The notes: a model not told the origin generated them from the letters alone. 64,000 nt of DNA from Alphaproteobacteria bacterium (GCA_965220745.1 CBDCQT010000011.1:96001-160000); one strand, 5' to 3'. Shown: positions 1 to 9,534, counted from the first letter of the stretch. Numbers and translations: made by a program.

Positions 1-904
1 AGCCCACGATTTCGCCCGCCCTCGCCTCGAACGAAACGCCATCGAGCCCGGACGCGCTCAGATCGGTCGCGCTCAGGCGAGGCTCCCCGGCCGAACGTGC
101 TTCTCTCGGTCCGGCCTTGTCGAGACTGTGCCCTACGATCATCCGTACGATCTCGGAGGGCTCCGTCGACGCCGTCTCGACCCTCCCGGCCACTTCGCCG
201 TCGCGCAGGACCGTCGCGACGGTCGTGACCTCCATGATCTCGTCCAGGTCGTGGGAGACGAGCATCAGCGCGTGGCCGGCCTCGGCAAGCGAGGCGAAGG
301 TGCGGTAGAGATCGCGCTTCTCGTCCAGACTCATGGCCGCGGTCGGCTCATCGAGAATGAGCACGCGGCGGCCATCGGAATCGACGCGGCGGCCACCGGA
401 GTCGGAACCGGATACCTCCCTGATCGCCCTGGCAATGGCGACCAACGCACGGTCTCCCAAACTGAGGGTCGAGACCGGATCTTCCGGTCGGCTGTTGATC
501 GAATAGCGCTCCAGGACTTCTCTGGTCGCGCGAGCCATCTGCTTCCGCGACTGCTTCCGCCTTCCCGAAGCGATCTCGGAGACGAAGAGGTTCTCCAGAA
601 TCGATATTTCGGGGATGAGGGCCTTGTCCTGATGAACGAAGCTCAGACCAAGGCCACGCGCTTCCCCCGGCTTGAGCGGGAAGGAGAGCGGCGAACCCCA
701 CAGCGTTGCGGCCGCACCGGAGTCCGGCTCGTGGTAGCCCGACAGTATCTTGATGAGAGTGGACTTGCCCGACCCGTTCGCGCCGAGCAAGCCGTGAATT
801 TGGCCGGGGATGAGGTCTAAACCAACGTCCTTCAGAACCGTGTTGTTCCCAAAGGTCTTGGATAGACTCTCAATCCCCAGCGCGACTTCAGAAGCCGACG
901 TCAC
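1..904 (-). CDS. Sugar ABC transporter ATP-binding protein (RbsA/MglA type), truncated by the window edge
   Basis: Manual translation from GTG at 904 gives MTSASEVALGIESLSKTFGNNTVLKDVGLDLIPGQIHGLLGANGSGKSTLIKILSG (Walker A). It follows the binding-protein gene and is absent from the ORF track because it runs off the edge. Confidence 0.9.
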   Translation of the reverse strand, partial: MTSASEVALGIESLSKTFGNNTVLKDVGLDLIPGQIHGLLGANGSGKSTLIKILSGYHEPDSGAAATLWGSPLSFPLKPGEARGLGLSFVHQDKALIPEISILENLFVSEIASGRRKQSRKQMARATREVLERYSINSRPEDPVSTLSLGDRALVAIARAIREVSGSDSGGRRVDSDGRRVLILDEPTAAMSLDEKRDLYRTFASLAEAGHALMLVSHDLDEIMEVTTVATVLRDGEVAGRVETASTEPSEIVRMIVGHSLDKAGPREARSAGEPRLSATDLSASGLDGVSFEARAGEIVG

Positions 905-945
905 GACCGATGTTCGCGGTCGAGCGGCCCACTAAAGCCCGAGGC

Positions 946-2094
946 CTATTCCTCGAGTCCCCAAAGCTTGAAGAATCCTTGCCTGACCTTGTCGCCATAG
1001 CCGACCGAGTAGGCTGCAGGGGTGCCGGCTTCGGCCACGTTCGACGAATCCCAGATACGCATCGGTATCTTCCGATCGACCGGGGGATTCTCTTCGCCGA
1101 GCAGGAGCCGAGCGGCCAGGTCAAGGAGCGACAGCCCGATGTGTTCGTTGCTCTCGCCCACATCCATCAGCACGTAGTCGCCCTTGGCAATTTCATCGAG
1201 GACCGATGGCGTGCCCGCATAGGTGACGACGTGAACCGTGCCGGGATCCGCCAGTTGCCTGAGCACCGGCACGATGTAAGGCGTTTCCGGGTCATAGAGC
1301 GGCAGGATGTAGTTGAGCTCCGGATCGGCCAGCATCGCGCCCCGCACCGCGGCGGGCACCGTGGTGGCCCATTGCGCTACGGTCGCGTTCGCAATCGAAA
1401 CTTCACAATTCGGACAGTACTTTTCCAGCCCGTCCACGATTGCCTTAGTCTGAACCGGCGAACCCGTGATTTCATCCGACTTGATGATCAGCACATGCGC
1501 GTTGCCCTCGGAGTGCAACGCGGTGTACGCCGCTTGCAGGAGGCCGCAAATCTCGTAAGGCGCCCCCACCGTCGCCTCGACATTGGCCGAGATACCCTGC
1601 GTGAGCCCGGACGCATGGGAATCCATCACCTTGATACCGGCGGCCTTGGCTTCCGCGAGTTGCGGACCCAGGAGCCGCGGATCCGAGCCTCCTGTCAGGT
1701 CGATGACCGCAGCGCCATCGGTGATGGCTTGCGCAATCCCCCGCTGATGTTCGGCCAGCGATCCCTGATTCTGCCAGTCCTTGAACTGGAAGCCGATGAT
1801 CGGCTCCAGCTTGCGAATGCTGGAGTAGATACCCTCGGTAAACGGATTGGCACTGGTCACCGAGATGCCATAGATCAACTTGCCGCCGAGCGCCGCCTTG
1901 ATGTCGATCGGGTCTCCCGGTGCCACGAAGTCCGGCTCGCCCCGGTAACTGGCGATCAACTCTTCGAGTTCGGCTCTGAGTTCCGGCGTCAGGCTGGATT
2001 CTTCCGCCGTGCCATTCGACGAAAACCCAACCAACGCCACGGATGCCGCGAGCAGACCGACGGCGGCTATCCTCTTTGGTTTAAGAAAGTTCAT
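946..2094 (-). CDS. Sugar ABC transporter periplasmic substrate-binding protein
   Basis: Signal peptide MNFLKPKRIAAVGLLAASVALVGF; type I periplasmic binding-protein pattern; GGAGG RBS before ATG 2094; upstream of the ABC ATPase. Confidence 0.85.
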   Translation of the reverse strand: MNFLKPKRIAAVGLLAASVALVGFSSNGTAEESSLTPELRAELEELIASYRGEPDFVAPGDPIDIKAALGGKLIYGISVTSANPFTEGIYSSIRKLEPIIGFQFKDWQNQGSLAEHQRGIAQAITDGAAVIDLTGGSDPRLLGPQLAEAKAAGIKVMDSHASGLTQGISANVEATVGAPYEICGLLQAAYTALHSEGNAHVLIIKSDEITGSPVQTKAIVDGLEKYCPNCEVSIANATVAQWATTVPAAVRGAMLADPELNYILPLYDPETPYIVPVLRQLADPGTVHVVTYAGTPSVLDEIAKGDYVLMDVGESNEHIGLSLLDLAARLLLGEENPPVDRKIPMRIWDSSNVAEAGTPAAYSVGYGDKVRQGFFKLWGLEE

Positions 2095-2436
2095 TGTTAG
2101 CCTCCCCATGAATTTCTAGTTAGTTTTTTGCGGCAATGAGAATTAGTTCCCACGCCTTTGCCGCGACCCGAGCCTACAATTCCCACGGGATGACAAGTTG
2201 CCATTCTCAAGCGCGCATCGCATTCGATGCAGATCAGCGGCACACTACTAGGCTTAGCAGATGGGGTGGAGGCCCACAAGACGAAAGGCTGGGGGACGCC
2301 GGGGAGCGAACAGGCGATGAGCCCTCATGGCAAATCGCAAATGGGCGCATCAGTGAGGCAAGGCTTACTCCTCCGGCCGTACCGAGAGCTTTCCAACCCT
2401 GGGACAGCGCGCCCGCTGCCGCAGCCGATCTTGGCG

Positions 2437-3546
2437 TCAGACCTCCGTCCGCACGGCGTCCGCCGCGAGCGGCGCGAGACGCGCCGGACTGAAAGGCGCG
2501 AGGTCCACGCGGCTGCTTGCTCCATCGGCGATCAGCTCAGCCACCGCCTCGCCGGTGGCCGGGGCGTTCAGCATCCCCCACACGCTGTGCGCGGTCGCCA
2601 CATAAGCGCCCTCAATACCGGGGACGGCGCCGATGAGCGGCAAGCCGTCCTCGACGACGGGGCGATAGCAGGCCTGCTCCGCCAGCACCTCCGCATCGCC
2701 TAGCGCGGGCGCAACCTGCGTCGTCATGGCGCGGAGACGGGCCGCACCGCCTTCCTCCGGCGCCACGGCGGCGGGGTCCACCGGCAACGGCGCCTCGCTG
2801 GAGAGGCCGCAGACATAGGTCGTGCCGTCGGGCCGGGGATAGACCTCCGGCGAGGCGAAATCGCCCGTGGCCGTCTCGAGCTCCACGAAGAGCGCGTGGG
2901 GCACCGGCTCGGGCGTGTAACGGAAGATCACGCTGTGACCCTTCAGGCCGTAGACCGCCGGCAGCGGCAACCAGCGGCTCGCCAGCACCGACCACGGGCC
3001 CATGGCGATGACGACCGCATCGCCCGCGACCTCCTGTCCATCCACCACGACACCGCGCACGCCGCCGCCCTCGCCGAACACGAGGCCACTGACCGAGCCC
3101 ATGAGCAGGCGCGCGCCCGCTCCAATCGCCGCGCGCATCATGGCCTTGGTGAAGTCCGCCGGGTTGACCTGGGCCGTGGTTTCGCTGGTGCCGAGCCGGC
3201 GGTGGACGGCCGAATCCTGCGCCAGCCAGCCGGGCCCGTCGAGCCGCCGGAAGGAGGCAACGTCCCGGCGCGCGCTGGCAACCACTCCGAGCGTGTCGAG
3301 CCTGCGGTAGCCCCACTCGTCGTCGATCGTCTCGGCAAGCTCGGCGTGCAAGGCGAAGCTGCGCCGCGCCAGAGGCCCGACCGGCGAGCCGTCGCACCAG
3401 TCGAGCGCCAGAAACCCGCCCGACTTGCCCGAGGCCGCGTTGGCGATGCCGGTGCGCTCGATCACTACGGCTTCGATGCCGCGCTGGCCGAGGAAATAGG
3501 CGATCGACGTGCCGATCACGCCGCCGCCGCAAATCAACACGCGCAT
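2437..3546 (-). CDS. FAD-dependent oxidoreductase, DAO/glycine oxidase family
   Basis: MRVLICGGGVIG Rossmann motif, ASGKSGG, CYRP..DGLPLIG and HSVWG..APATG motifs. Confidence 0.88.
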   Translation of the reverse strand: MRVLICGGGVIGTSIAYFLGQRGIEAVVIERTGIANAASGKSGGFLALDWCDGSPVGPLARRSFALHAELAETIDDEWGYRRLDTLGVVASARRDVASFRRLDGPGWLAQDSAVHRRLGTSETTAQVNPADFTKAMMRAAIGAGARLLMGSVSGLVFGEGGGVRGVVVDGQEVAGDAVVIAMGPWSVLASRWLPLPAVYGLKGHSVIFRYTPEPVPHALFVELETATGDFASPEVYPRPDGTTYVCGLSSEAPLPVDPAAVAPEEGGAARLRAMTTQVAPALGDAEVLAEQACYRPVVEDGLPLIGAVPGIEGAYVATAHSVWGMLNAPATGEAVAELIADGASSRVDLAPFSPARLAPLAADAVRTEV

Positions 3547-3704
3547 CAGCACCCCGCGACGGCCGGCCATCGCCACCAACTAGACATTACGACTTCCTCA
3601 TTGGGCCCGAAGCATCGAACCCTGCGCCGGCCCTGCTGCGGTTGCAACAGCCAACTCGTCCGCTACAGTCGGCGCCCTTTTGATCCACAGATGGACGGAC
3701 ACTC

Positions 3705-4088
3705 ATGCTCAACCGCGAGGAACTGATCGCCCTCGTCGAGGACGCCTACTTCTCCAACGTCGACAACAAGAAACTGGAGCCTGCGGTTGCGTGCTTCGCG
3801 GAAGATGCCGAGCTCCGCATCCAGTCGGCGCACGTGAGCCATGTCGGGCACGATCAGATCAGGCGCATGTTCAGCGACTTCATGGCCGCGACCAAGATCA
3901 TCTACCACGGCGACTTCAGCCATGTCGTTGACGTGGAGAACCAGTGGATTGCCTCGCAGTTCGTCGCCCGCAACGACTACGACGACGGCTGCCACGTGGA
4001 GATGCGCAACTGCAACTTCTTCCAGATCGAAGACGACCGCTTCAAGCGCGTGACCATCTACATGACCGACGAGAACCCGCTGGTCTGA
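3705..4088 (+). CDS. SnoaL-like/NTF2-fold protein
   Basis: 127 aa with YFSNVD...FAEDA...GHDQIRRMF...F.IEDDRF pattern typical of SnoaL_2; strong coding bias. Confidence 0.75.
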   Translation: MLNREELIALVEDAYFSNVDNKKLEPAVACFAEDAELRIQSAHVSHVGHDQIRRMFSDFMAATKIIYHGDFSHVVDVENQWIASQFVARNDYDDGCHVEMRNCNFFQIEDDRFKRVTIYMTDENPLV

Positions 4089-4165
4089 TCGCGCTTCAGT
4101 CCCCCTTCCTTGCGACGTCCCGCGCTATTCGCCAGACTCGCGGCCTGCACAGGTGAGGAACAGGC

Positions 4166-5176
4166 ATGAGCGACCGCCCGCAGATCGACCCGCCCTACCT
4201 GCTCTTCCTCGGCGACGCGCGCGACGCGCTCGCCGCCAAGACCGCGCGCGGGGTGTTCGTCTTTCGGCCGGAATGGTGCCTCGGCCAGCTCAGACTGCCG
4301 GGCTGCAAACCCCGCCTCGACCTGCCCGAGATGACGGTCGAGGACGCCGCCGCCAAGGGCGCGAAGTGCCTCATCGTCGGCGTCGCCAATGCGGGCGGCG
4401 TGGTCTCAGACAGCTGGACCGCCACCCTCGTGGCAGCACTCGAAGCGGGTCTCGACGTGGCGAGCGGTCTTCATGTGCGGCTCAGCGACCTGCCGGCAGT
4501 GCGCGATGCGGCCGAGGCCAACGGCCGGCATCTCTTCGACGTGCGCCATCCGTCGCAGGAGTTCAAGGTGGGAACGGGTGTCCGCAGAGCCGGCAAGCGC
4601 CTGCTTACGGTGGGCACCGACGCCTCGGTCGGCAAGATGTACGCCACGCTCGCGCTGGAAGCCGAATGGCGCCGGCGCGGTGTCCCCTGCACCTTCCGCG
4701 CGACCGGGCAGACCGGCATCTTCGTCGCCGGCCGCGGGGTCTCCGTCGATGCGGTGGTGGCCGACTTCATCTCCGGCGCCACCGAGTGGCTCACCCCCGA
4801 GAACGACCCGAATCACTGGGACCTCGTCGAGGGACAGGGCTCGCTCCACCACCCCTCCTACGCGGGCGTGACGCTTGGCCTGATCCACGGCGCCCAGCCG
4901 GATGCCATCGTGGTCTGCCACGAGCCGACACGGACCAACATGCGGGGCCTGCCGGATTGGCCGCTGCCTGAGCTCGACGCCAGCATCGAGGCCAACCTGC
5001 AGGCGGCGCGGCTCACCAATCCCGACGTCGTCTGCGCGGGTATCTGCGTCAACACCGAGGCGCTCGGAGAGGCAGAGGCGGAGGCGCTGCTGGAGGAGCT
5101 GGGAGCGGCCCACGGCCTGCCCTGCGTCGACCCGATCCGCACCGGCGTGGGCCCGATCGCCGACCGCGTGATCTAG
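4166..5176 (+). CDS. dgcN: D-glutamate N-acetyltransferase DgcN (DUF1611 family)
   Basis: PYLLFLGD, AKTA.G, TVGTDASVGKMY, ATGQTG and VEGQGSL.HP motifs; adjacent to a dgcA-like epimerase. Confidence 0.88.
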   Translation: MSDRPQIDPPYLLFLGDARDALAAKTARGVFVFRPEWCLGQLRLPGCKPRLDLPEMTVEDAAAKGAKCLIVGVANAGGVVSDSWTATLVAALEAGLDVASGLHVRLSDLPAVRDAAEANGRHLFDVRHPSQEFKVGTGVRRAGKRLLTVGTDASVGKMYATLALEAEWRRRGVPCTFRATGQTGIFVAGRGVSVDAVVADFISGATEWLTPENDPNHWDLVEGQGSLHHPSYAGVTLGLIHGAQPDAIVVCHEPTRTNMRGLPDWPLPELDASIEANLQAARLTNPDVVCAGICVNTEALGEAEAEALLEELGAAHGLPCVDPIRTGVGPIADRVI

Positions 5177-5188
5177 GAGCCGACGCCG

Positions 5189-6172
5189 GTGAGCCGGCGC
5201 CTCGCCGTGCGCCTCGAATCGTGGCCGCTCGCGAGTGCCTTCCGCATCTCCCGTGGCGCAAAGACCGAAGCCCACGTCGTCGTCGCCGAGATCGCCGACG
5301 GCTCACACACCGGTCGGGGCGAGGCGGTCCCCTACCCCCGATACAACGAGACGCCCGAGGGAACGCGCGCCGAGATCGAAGGCGTGCGAAACGCCGTGGA
5401 AGGCGGTCTCGCCCGCGAAGGTCTGCTGGAGACGCTGCCGCCGGGCGCTGCCCGCAATGCGCTGGACTGCGCGCTCTGGGACCTGGAGGCGAAGCAGGCG
5501 GGCCGCCCGGCCTGGGCGCTGGCGGGCCTGGAGGCGCCGCAGCCTTGCATCACCGCCGTGACGCTCAGCCTCGATACGCCGGAGAAGATGGGCGCGGCTG
5601 CCGCCCACCACGCCGCGCTCCCCCTGCTCAAGCTCAAGGTCACCGGCAAGGGCGACCTCGCGCGCATCGAGGCTGTCCGTGCGAACGCGCCGGGCGCCCG
5701 TCTGATCGTGGATGCGAACGAGGGCTGGACCGTGCCGATGCTGGAGGAGTTCCTGCCGGCTTTCGCCGACCTCGGGGTCGAGATGGTGGAGCAGCCGCTG
5801 CCGGCGGCGGACGACGGCGCGCTCGAAGGCCGGCAATTCGCGATCCCGCTCTGCGCCGATGAGAGCTGCCACACGCGGGAGGACCTGACGCGGCTCGCAG
5901 GCCGCTACCCGATGGTCAACATCAAGCTGGACAAGACCGGGGGGCTCACGGAGGCGCTGACGCTCGCGATGGAGGCGCGGGCCATGGGGTTCGATATCAT
6001 GGTGGGCAGCATGGTCGGCACCTCGCTCGGCATGGCGCCGGCGGCGCTGCTCGCGGGCTTTGCCGACTACGTCGACCTCGACGGCCCGCTGCTGCTGGCC
6101 CGCGACCGCTCGCCGGGACTGAGCTACGACGGCGCGGTCATGGCGCCACCTAAGCCTGCACTTTGGGGGTAG
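5189..6172 (+). CDS. dgcA: N-acetyl-D-Glu racemase DgcA / dipeptide epimerase (enolase superfamily)
   Basis: FRISRG, LKLK, VDANEGW, EQP, ADES, NIKLDKTGG and DLDGP motifs. Confidence 0.88.
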   Translation: MSRRLAVRLESWPLASAFRISRGAKTEAHVVVAEIADGSHTGRGEAVPYPRYNETPEGTRAEIEGVRNAVEGGLAREGLLETLPPGAARNALDCALWDLEAKQAGRPAWALAGLEAPQPCITAVTLSLDTPEKMGAAAAHHAALPLLKLKVTGKGDLARIEAVRANAPGARLIVDANEGWTVPMLEEFLPAFADLGVEMVEQPLPAADDGALEGRQFAIPLCADESCHTREDLTRLAGRYPMVNIKLDKTGGLTEALTLAMEARAMGFDIMVGSMVGTSLGMAPAALLAGFADYVDLDGPLLLARDRSPGLSYDGAVMAPPKPALWG

Positions 6173-6184
6173 CTCGCCTAAAAT

Positions 6185-6211
6185 TCTTTACCGATTGATC
6201 TATAGTAAAGA
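6185..6211 (+). promoter_or_regulatory. Inverted repeat, putative autoregulatory operator of the vapBC operon
   Basis: TCTTTAC (6185-6191) - N13 - GTAAAGA (6205-6211) in an AT-rich patch upstream of the antitoxin. Confidence 0.5.
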
Positions 6212-6259
6212 TTGAAATATGGTTTGTCTGAATTGGCCGCGCAAAAATAGGACGACCTC

Positions 6260-6487
6260 ATGCCGCGCGTGAGCGCGAAGCGTCAGATTACGCTCCCCAT
6301 CGATCAGTGCAGAGAAGTAGGCATCGGGCCGGGGGACGAGTACCGCAGCTTCGTTGCCGATGGCCGCATCACCATCGTGCGGAAGACCGCTGGCGCGGCT
6401 AAGGGTTTCTTGCGCCATGTAGCCGGCGATCCCGCCGTCAGCGACGAGGAATCCCTGCAGGACGCGCTTGACGAGCCAAAATCTTGA
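6260..6487 (+). CDS. AbrB/MazE/SpoVT-family antitoxin (VapB-like)
   Basis: VSAKRQITLP....GIGPGD swapped-hairpin motif; stop overlaps the toxin start. Confidence 0.85.
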   Translation: MPRVSAKRQITLPIDQCREVGIGPGDEYRSFVADGRITIVRKTAGAAKGFLRHVAGDPAVSDEESLQDALDEPKS

Positions 6488-6918
6488 TCGCTGTCGACAC
6501 CAATGTCTTGCTCCGCTATCTGCTGCACGACGATGAGGCCCAGGCGGCGCGGGCGAACGCTGTTTTCGATGCTGCCGAAACCGTTCTGATCACGGACGTC
6601 GTACTTGTGGAAGCCGTCTGGACGCTCGCCGGCCGCAAGTATCGGCTGGCCAAGGCCGAACTGGCGGCGGTCCTCGAACGGCTGTTCAGCGAGCCGAATA
6701 TCCGTTTCGAGGACGATCAGACCGTATGGCGCGCCTTGCAGGCATACCGCAACACCGCACCGGCGGACGAGGCCGGGTCGGGGAAGGGCGCCGGCTTCGC
6801 CGATGCGTTGATCGTGTTCAAGGCGCTGCGCACCGCATCGGACTCCGCCGAGACATTGAACGGCGTCTACACCTTCGATGCGGCCATGGGGCAGCTACCG
6901 CACACTGTATCGCTTTAG
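6484..6918 (+). CDS. vapC: PIN-domain toxin, VapC family
   Basis: IAVDTNVLLR, E..W.L, FADALI and YTFD motifs; TTGA overlap with the antitoxin. Confidence 0.88.
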   Translation: MIAVDTNVLLRYLLHDDEAQAARANAVFDAAETVLITDVVLVEAVWTLAGRKYRLAKAELAAVLERLFSEPNIRFEDDQTVWRALQAYRNTAPADEAGSGKGAGFADALIVFKALRTASDSAETLNGVYTFDAAMGQLPHTVSL

Positions 6919-7028
6919 CCCCCAACTCTTATCGGGGCTGTAGCCTTGTTTCCACGCACCCGATCTGAAATTCTGGCGGGGCAATTGGAAAGGCCCGGCC
7001 AGCACCGGGCCGGCACAGTGAGGGGGCG

Positions 7029-7682
7029 ATGGGCCGCCTGTTGGACCTAGGGGAGCGGGTGGAGCTCGTCTCCATGGACCCGCACTTCCATGACATCAGC
7101 ATCTCCCTCTACCGCGAGACCGGAGAAGGCGGCGCCTCGGGCTATCTCGCGCACAGCTACAGCGGGAAGGAAGGCACCACCGAGCGGTTGGCGTTCGTGA
7201 TGCGGGCGATGGCTGTGATGGGCGGCATGGTGCCGGCGCCGGGCCAGCCGGGGCGCCTCGCATTCGCGTGCGGCGAAGAACACCGGGCGGCGGTGAAGCG
7301 GCTCTTCCTCGAAGCCTGCAAGAAGGCGCCAGGTTCCGAGGTCGCGGCGCTGCCCATGAGCATCTACGACAAGAAGAACGACTTCACCATCGACGCCACT
7401 GCCACAGGCAGCGGGGGCTACCGGCTTGCCGTCGCAGGCGGTGAGGGCGATGACAAAGTGGCGCGGCGCGTGGACGGCGTGACCAGGGGGCTGATCAAGC
7501 TCGCCGAGATGGAGCCCGGTGCCGAGCTGGGCGAGGCCCGCTTCGCCTGCGGCACGACCCATGACGAGCTGGTGGGCCTCCTGCTCGGCCGGGCGCTCAA
7601 CGTCCGCGCCGCCATGCGCGAGGCGGAGGCTGCGGCGGCGCGGGGCGTCCTCGCCGCGCCGAGCGCACAACAACAGACCTGA
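7029..7682 (+). CDS. Hypothetical protein with duplicated FACGxxH module, first gene of the corrinoid methyltransferase operon
   Basis: GAGGGGG RBS; coding-like codon usage; ends 18 bp before the methyltransferase gene. Confidence 0.8.
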   Translation: MGRLLDLGERVELVSMDPHFHDISISLYRETGEGGASGYLAHSYSGKEGTTERLAFVMRAMAVMGGMVPAPGQPGRLAFACGEEHRAAVKRLFLEACKKAPGSEVAALPMSIYDKKNDFTIDATATGSGGYRLAVAGGEGDDKVARRVDGVTRGLIKLAEMEPGAELGEARFACGTTHDELVGLLLGRALNVRAAMREAEAAAARGVLAAPSAQQQT

Positions 7683-7700
7683 GGGTCGGGAGCGAGAGCG

Positions 7701-8744
7701 ATGACGGCAGTACCCTCGATGACCAGCCGCGAGCGGGTGCTCGCGGCGCTCCGGCGTGAGCCGGTGGATCGCACGCCCGTGTGCAACCCCACCTCGGTCG
7801 CGACGGTGGAGCTGATGGACTTGGTGGACGCCAACTTTCCGTTCGCGAACCGCGACCCGGAGCTGATGGCGCGGCTCGCCGCCACCAGCTACACCGAGCT
7901 CGGCTTCGACAGCATCATGCCGGTCTTCTCGATCATCCAGGAATCGTCGGCGCTCGGCTGCAAGATGCAGTGGGAGCAGAAGGACAATTGGCCGACCGTG
8001 CGCATGCGCGAGCCGATCTGGGAGGACGTCGACGACATCCGCATACCCAACGACTTCCTCCTGCACCCCGACATGGCGTGCGTAATCGAGGGGATCCGCA
8101 TGCTGCGCCGCGAGTTCGGCGACGAGGTCGCGATCATCGGCAAGACCATGGGGCCGTGGACCCTCGGCTATCACTGCTTCGGGGTGGAGCCCTTCCTGCT
8201 CATGTCCCTCGACGATCCGGGCAAGACCAAGCTCGCGCTCGACCGTATGAAGGAGGCGACGATCGTCTTCGGGCTGGCACAGATCGAAGCAGGCGCGGAT
8301 GCGCTCACCGTCCCCGATCACGCCACCGGCGATCTGGTGAGCGCCGACTACTACAAGCGCTTCCTCAGGGACCTTCACATCGAGTTCGTGGAGCGCCTTC
8401 CGGTGCCGCTTATCCTCCACATCTGCGGGCGCACCGTGGACCGCATGGGCTATATCGCAGAGACCGGGATCGCCGCCTTCCACTTCGATTCCAAGAACGC
8501 ACCGTCCGAGTCCATGGCGGCGATGGACGACAGGGTGTCGCTGGTCGGCAACATCAACAACCCCGAGACGCTGTTCGCCAAGGGGCCGGAGGACGTGCGC
8601 AAGGAGGTCTACGCCAATCTCGACGCCGGCGTGCAGGGGGTCGGGCCGGAATGCGCCATCCCGCTCCAGACCTCGGTCGAGAACCTGCGCGAGATTCCGC
8701 TGGCGGTGCGCGACTGGCATGCCGAGCATGGCAGCCCGCTCTAA
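7701..8744 (+). CDS. MtaA/CmuA-family methyltransferase (URO-D superfamily)
   Basis: SRERVLAAL..EPVDR.P start, GPWTL, Zn-ligand motif LHICG, GNIN, C-terminal GPECAI. Confidence 0.88.
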   Translation: MTAVPSMTSRERVLAALRREPVDRTPVCNPTSVATVELMDLVDANFPFANRDPELMARLAATSYTELGFDSIMPVFSIIQESSALGCKMQWEQKDNWPTVRMREPIWEDVDDIRIPNDFLLHPDMACVIEGIRMLRREFGDEVAIIGKTMGPWTLGYHCFGVEPFLLMSLDDPGKTKLALDRMKEATIVFGLAQIEAGADALTVPDHATGDLVSADYYKRFLRDLHIEFVERLPVPLILHICGRTVDRMGYIAETGIAAFHFDSKNAPSESMAAMDDRVSLVGNINNPETLFAKGPEDVRKEVYANLDAGVQGVGPECAIPLQTSVENLREIPLAVRDWHAEHGSPL

Positions 8745-8784
8745 GGCCTTGTGACACCCTGTCCGTTTCACCACTGAGTCCCCG

Positions 8785-9534
8785 ATGGCCGAGCTTGCCG
8801 ACATCGCCAACGCGGTGATCCGCGACGAGATCGAGGAGTTTCTCGAGCGCCCGGACGAGATCGAGCGCAACGTCGCGCTGTTCGCGCGCGTGCGGCCCGA
8901 GATGCAGGACATCGCTGCCGCGTTGATCGAGGGCGACAATCACACGGTGGACGCGCTCACCGCCAAGGCCCTGGAGGAGGGCACCGAGGCGCTGGAGATC
9001 ATGGACGACGGTTTGATCGCTGGCATGGGCATCGTCGGCATCAAGTTCCGCGAGAATTTCATCTTTGTGCCCGAGGTGCTGGCCTGCGCGCGGGCCATGA
9101 AGGCCGGCATGGCCCATATCGAGCCGATCCTGTCGGCCTCGGGCGTCGAGCCCATCGGCACCGTGATCATGGGCACGGTCAAGGGCGACCTCCACGACAT
9201 TGGCAAGAACCTCTGCATCATGATGCTTTCCGGCGCGGGCTTCGACGTGGTCGACCTTGGCGTGGACACGTCGGAAGACGAGTTTATTGCCGCGCTCGAG
9301 GAACACGGGGCGCCGATTATGGGCATGTCCGCGCTGCTGACGACGACGATGCCGAACATGGGCAAGACCATCGAGGCGCTGATCGACGCCGACATCCGCG
9401 ACGACGTGATGGTAATGGTGGGGGGCGCGCCGGTGACCCAGGAGTTCGCCGACGACATGGGCGCCGACGGCTATGGCAAGGACGCGCTCTCCTGCGTGGC
9501 GCTCGCCAAGAAGCTGATGGAAGAGCGCGGTTAG
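8785..9534 (+). CDS. Corrinoid (B12-binding) protein, MtaC/MtgC type
   Basis: Cap domain (GLIAGMGIVG.KF...FVPEVL), GDLHDIGKN (DxHxxG), SALLTTT, GGAPV. Confidence 0.92.
   Translation: MAELADIANAVIRDEIEEFLERPDEIERNVALFARVRPEMQDIAAALIEGDNHTVDALTAKALEEGTEALEIMDDGLIAGMGIVGIKFRENFIFVPEVLACARAMKAGMAHIEPILSASGVEPIGTVIMGTVKGDLHDIGKNLCIMMLSGAGFDVVDLGVDTSEDEFIAALEEHGAPIMGMSALLTTTMPNMGKTIEALIDADIRDDVMVMVGGAPVTQEFADDMGADGYGKDALSCVALAKKLMEERG

Noticed and set aside
6919-7028. Possible riboswitch ahead of the corrinoid operon
   Set aside because: Only 110 bp, with simple hairpins (for example GGCCCGG/CCGGGCC at 6992-7011) and no B12 or SAM consensus.
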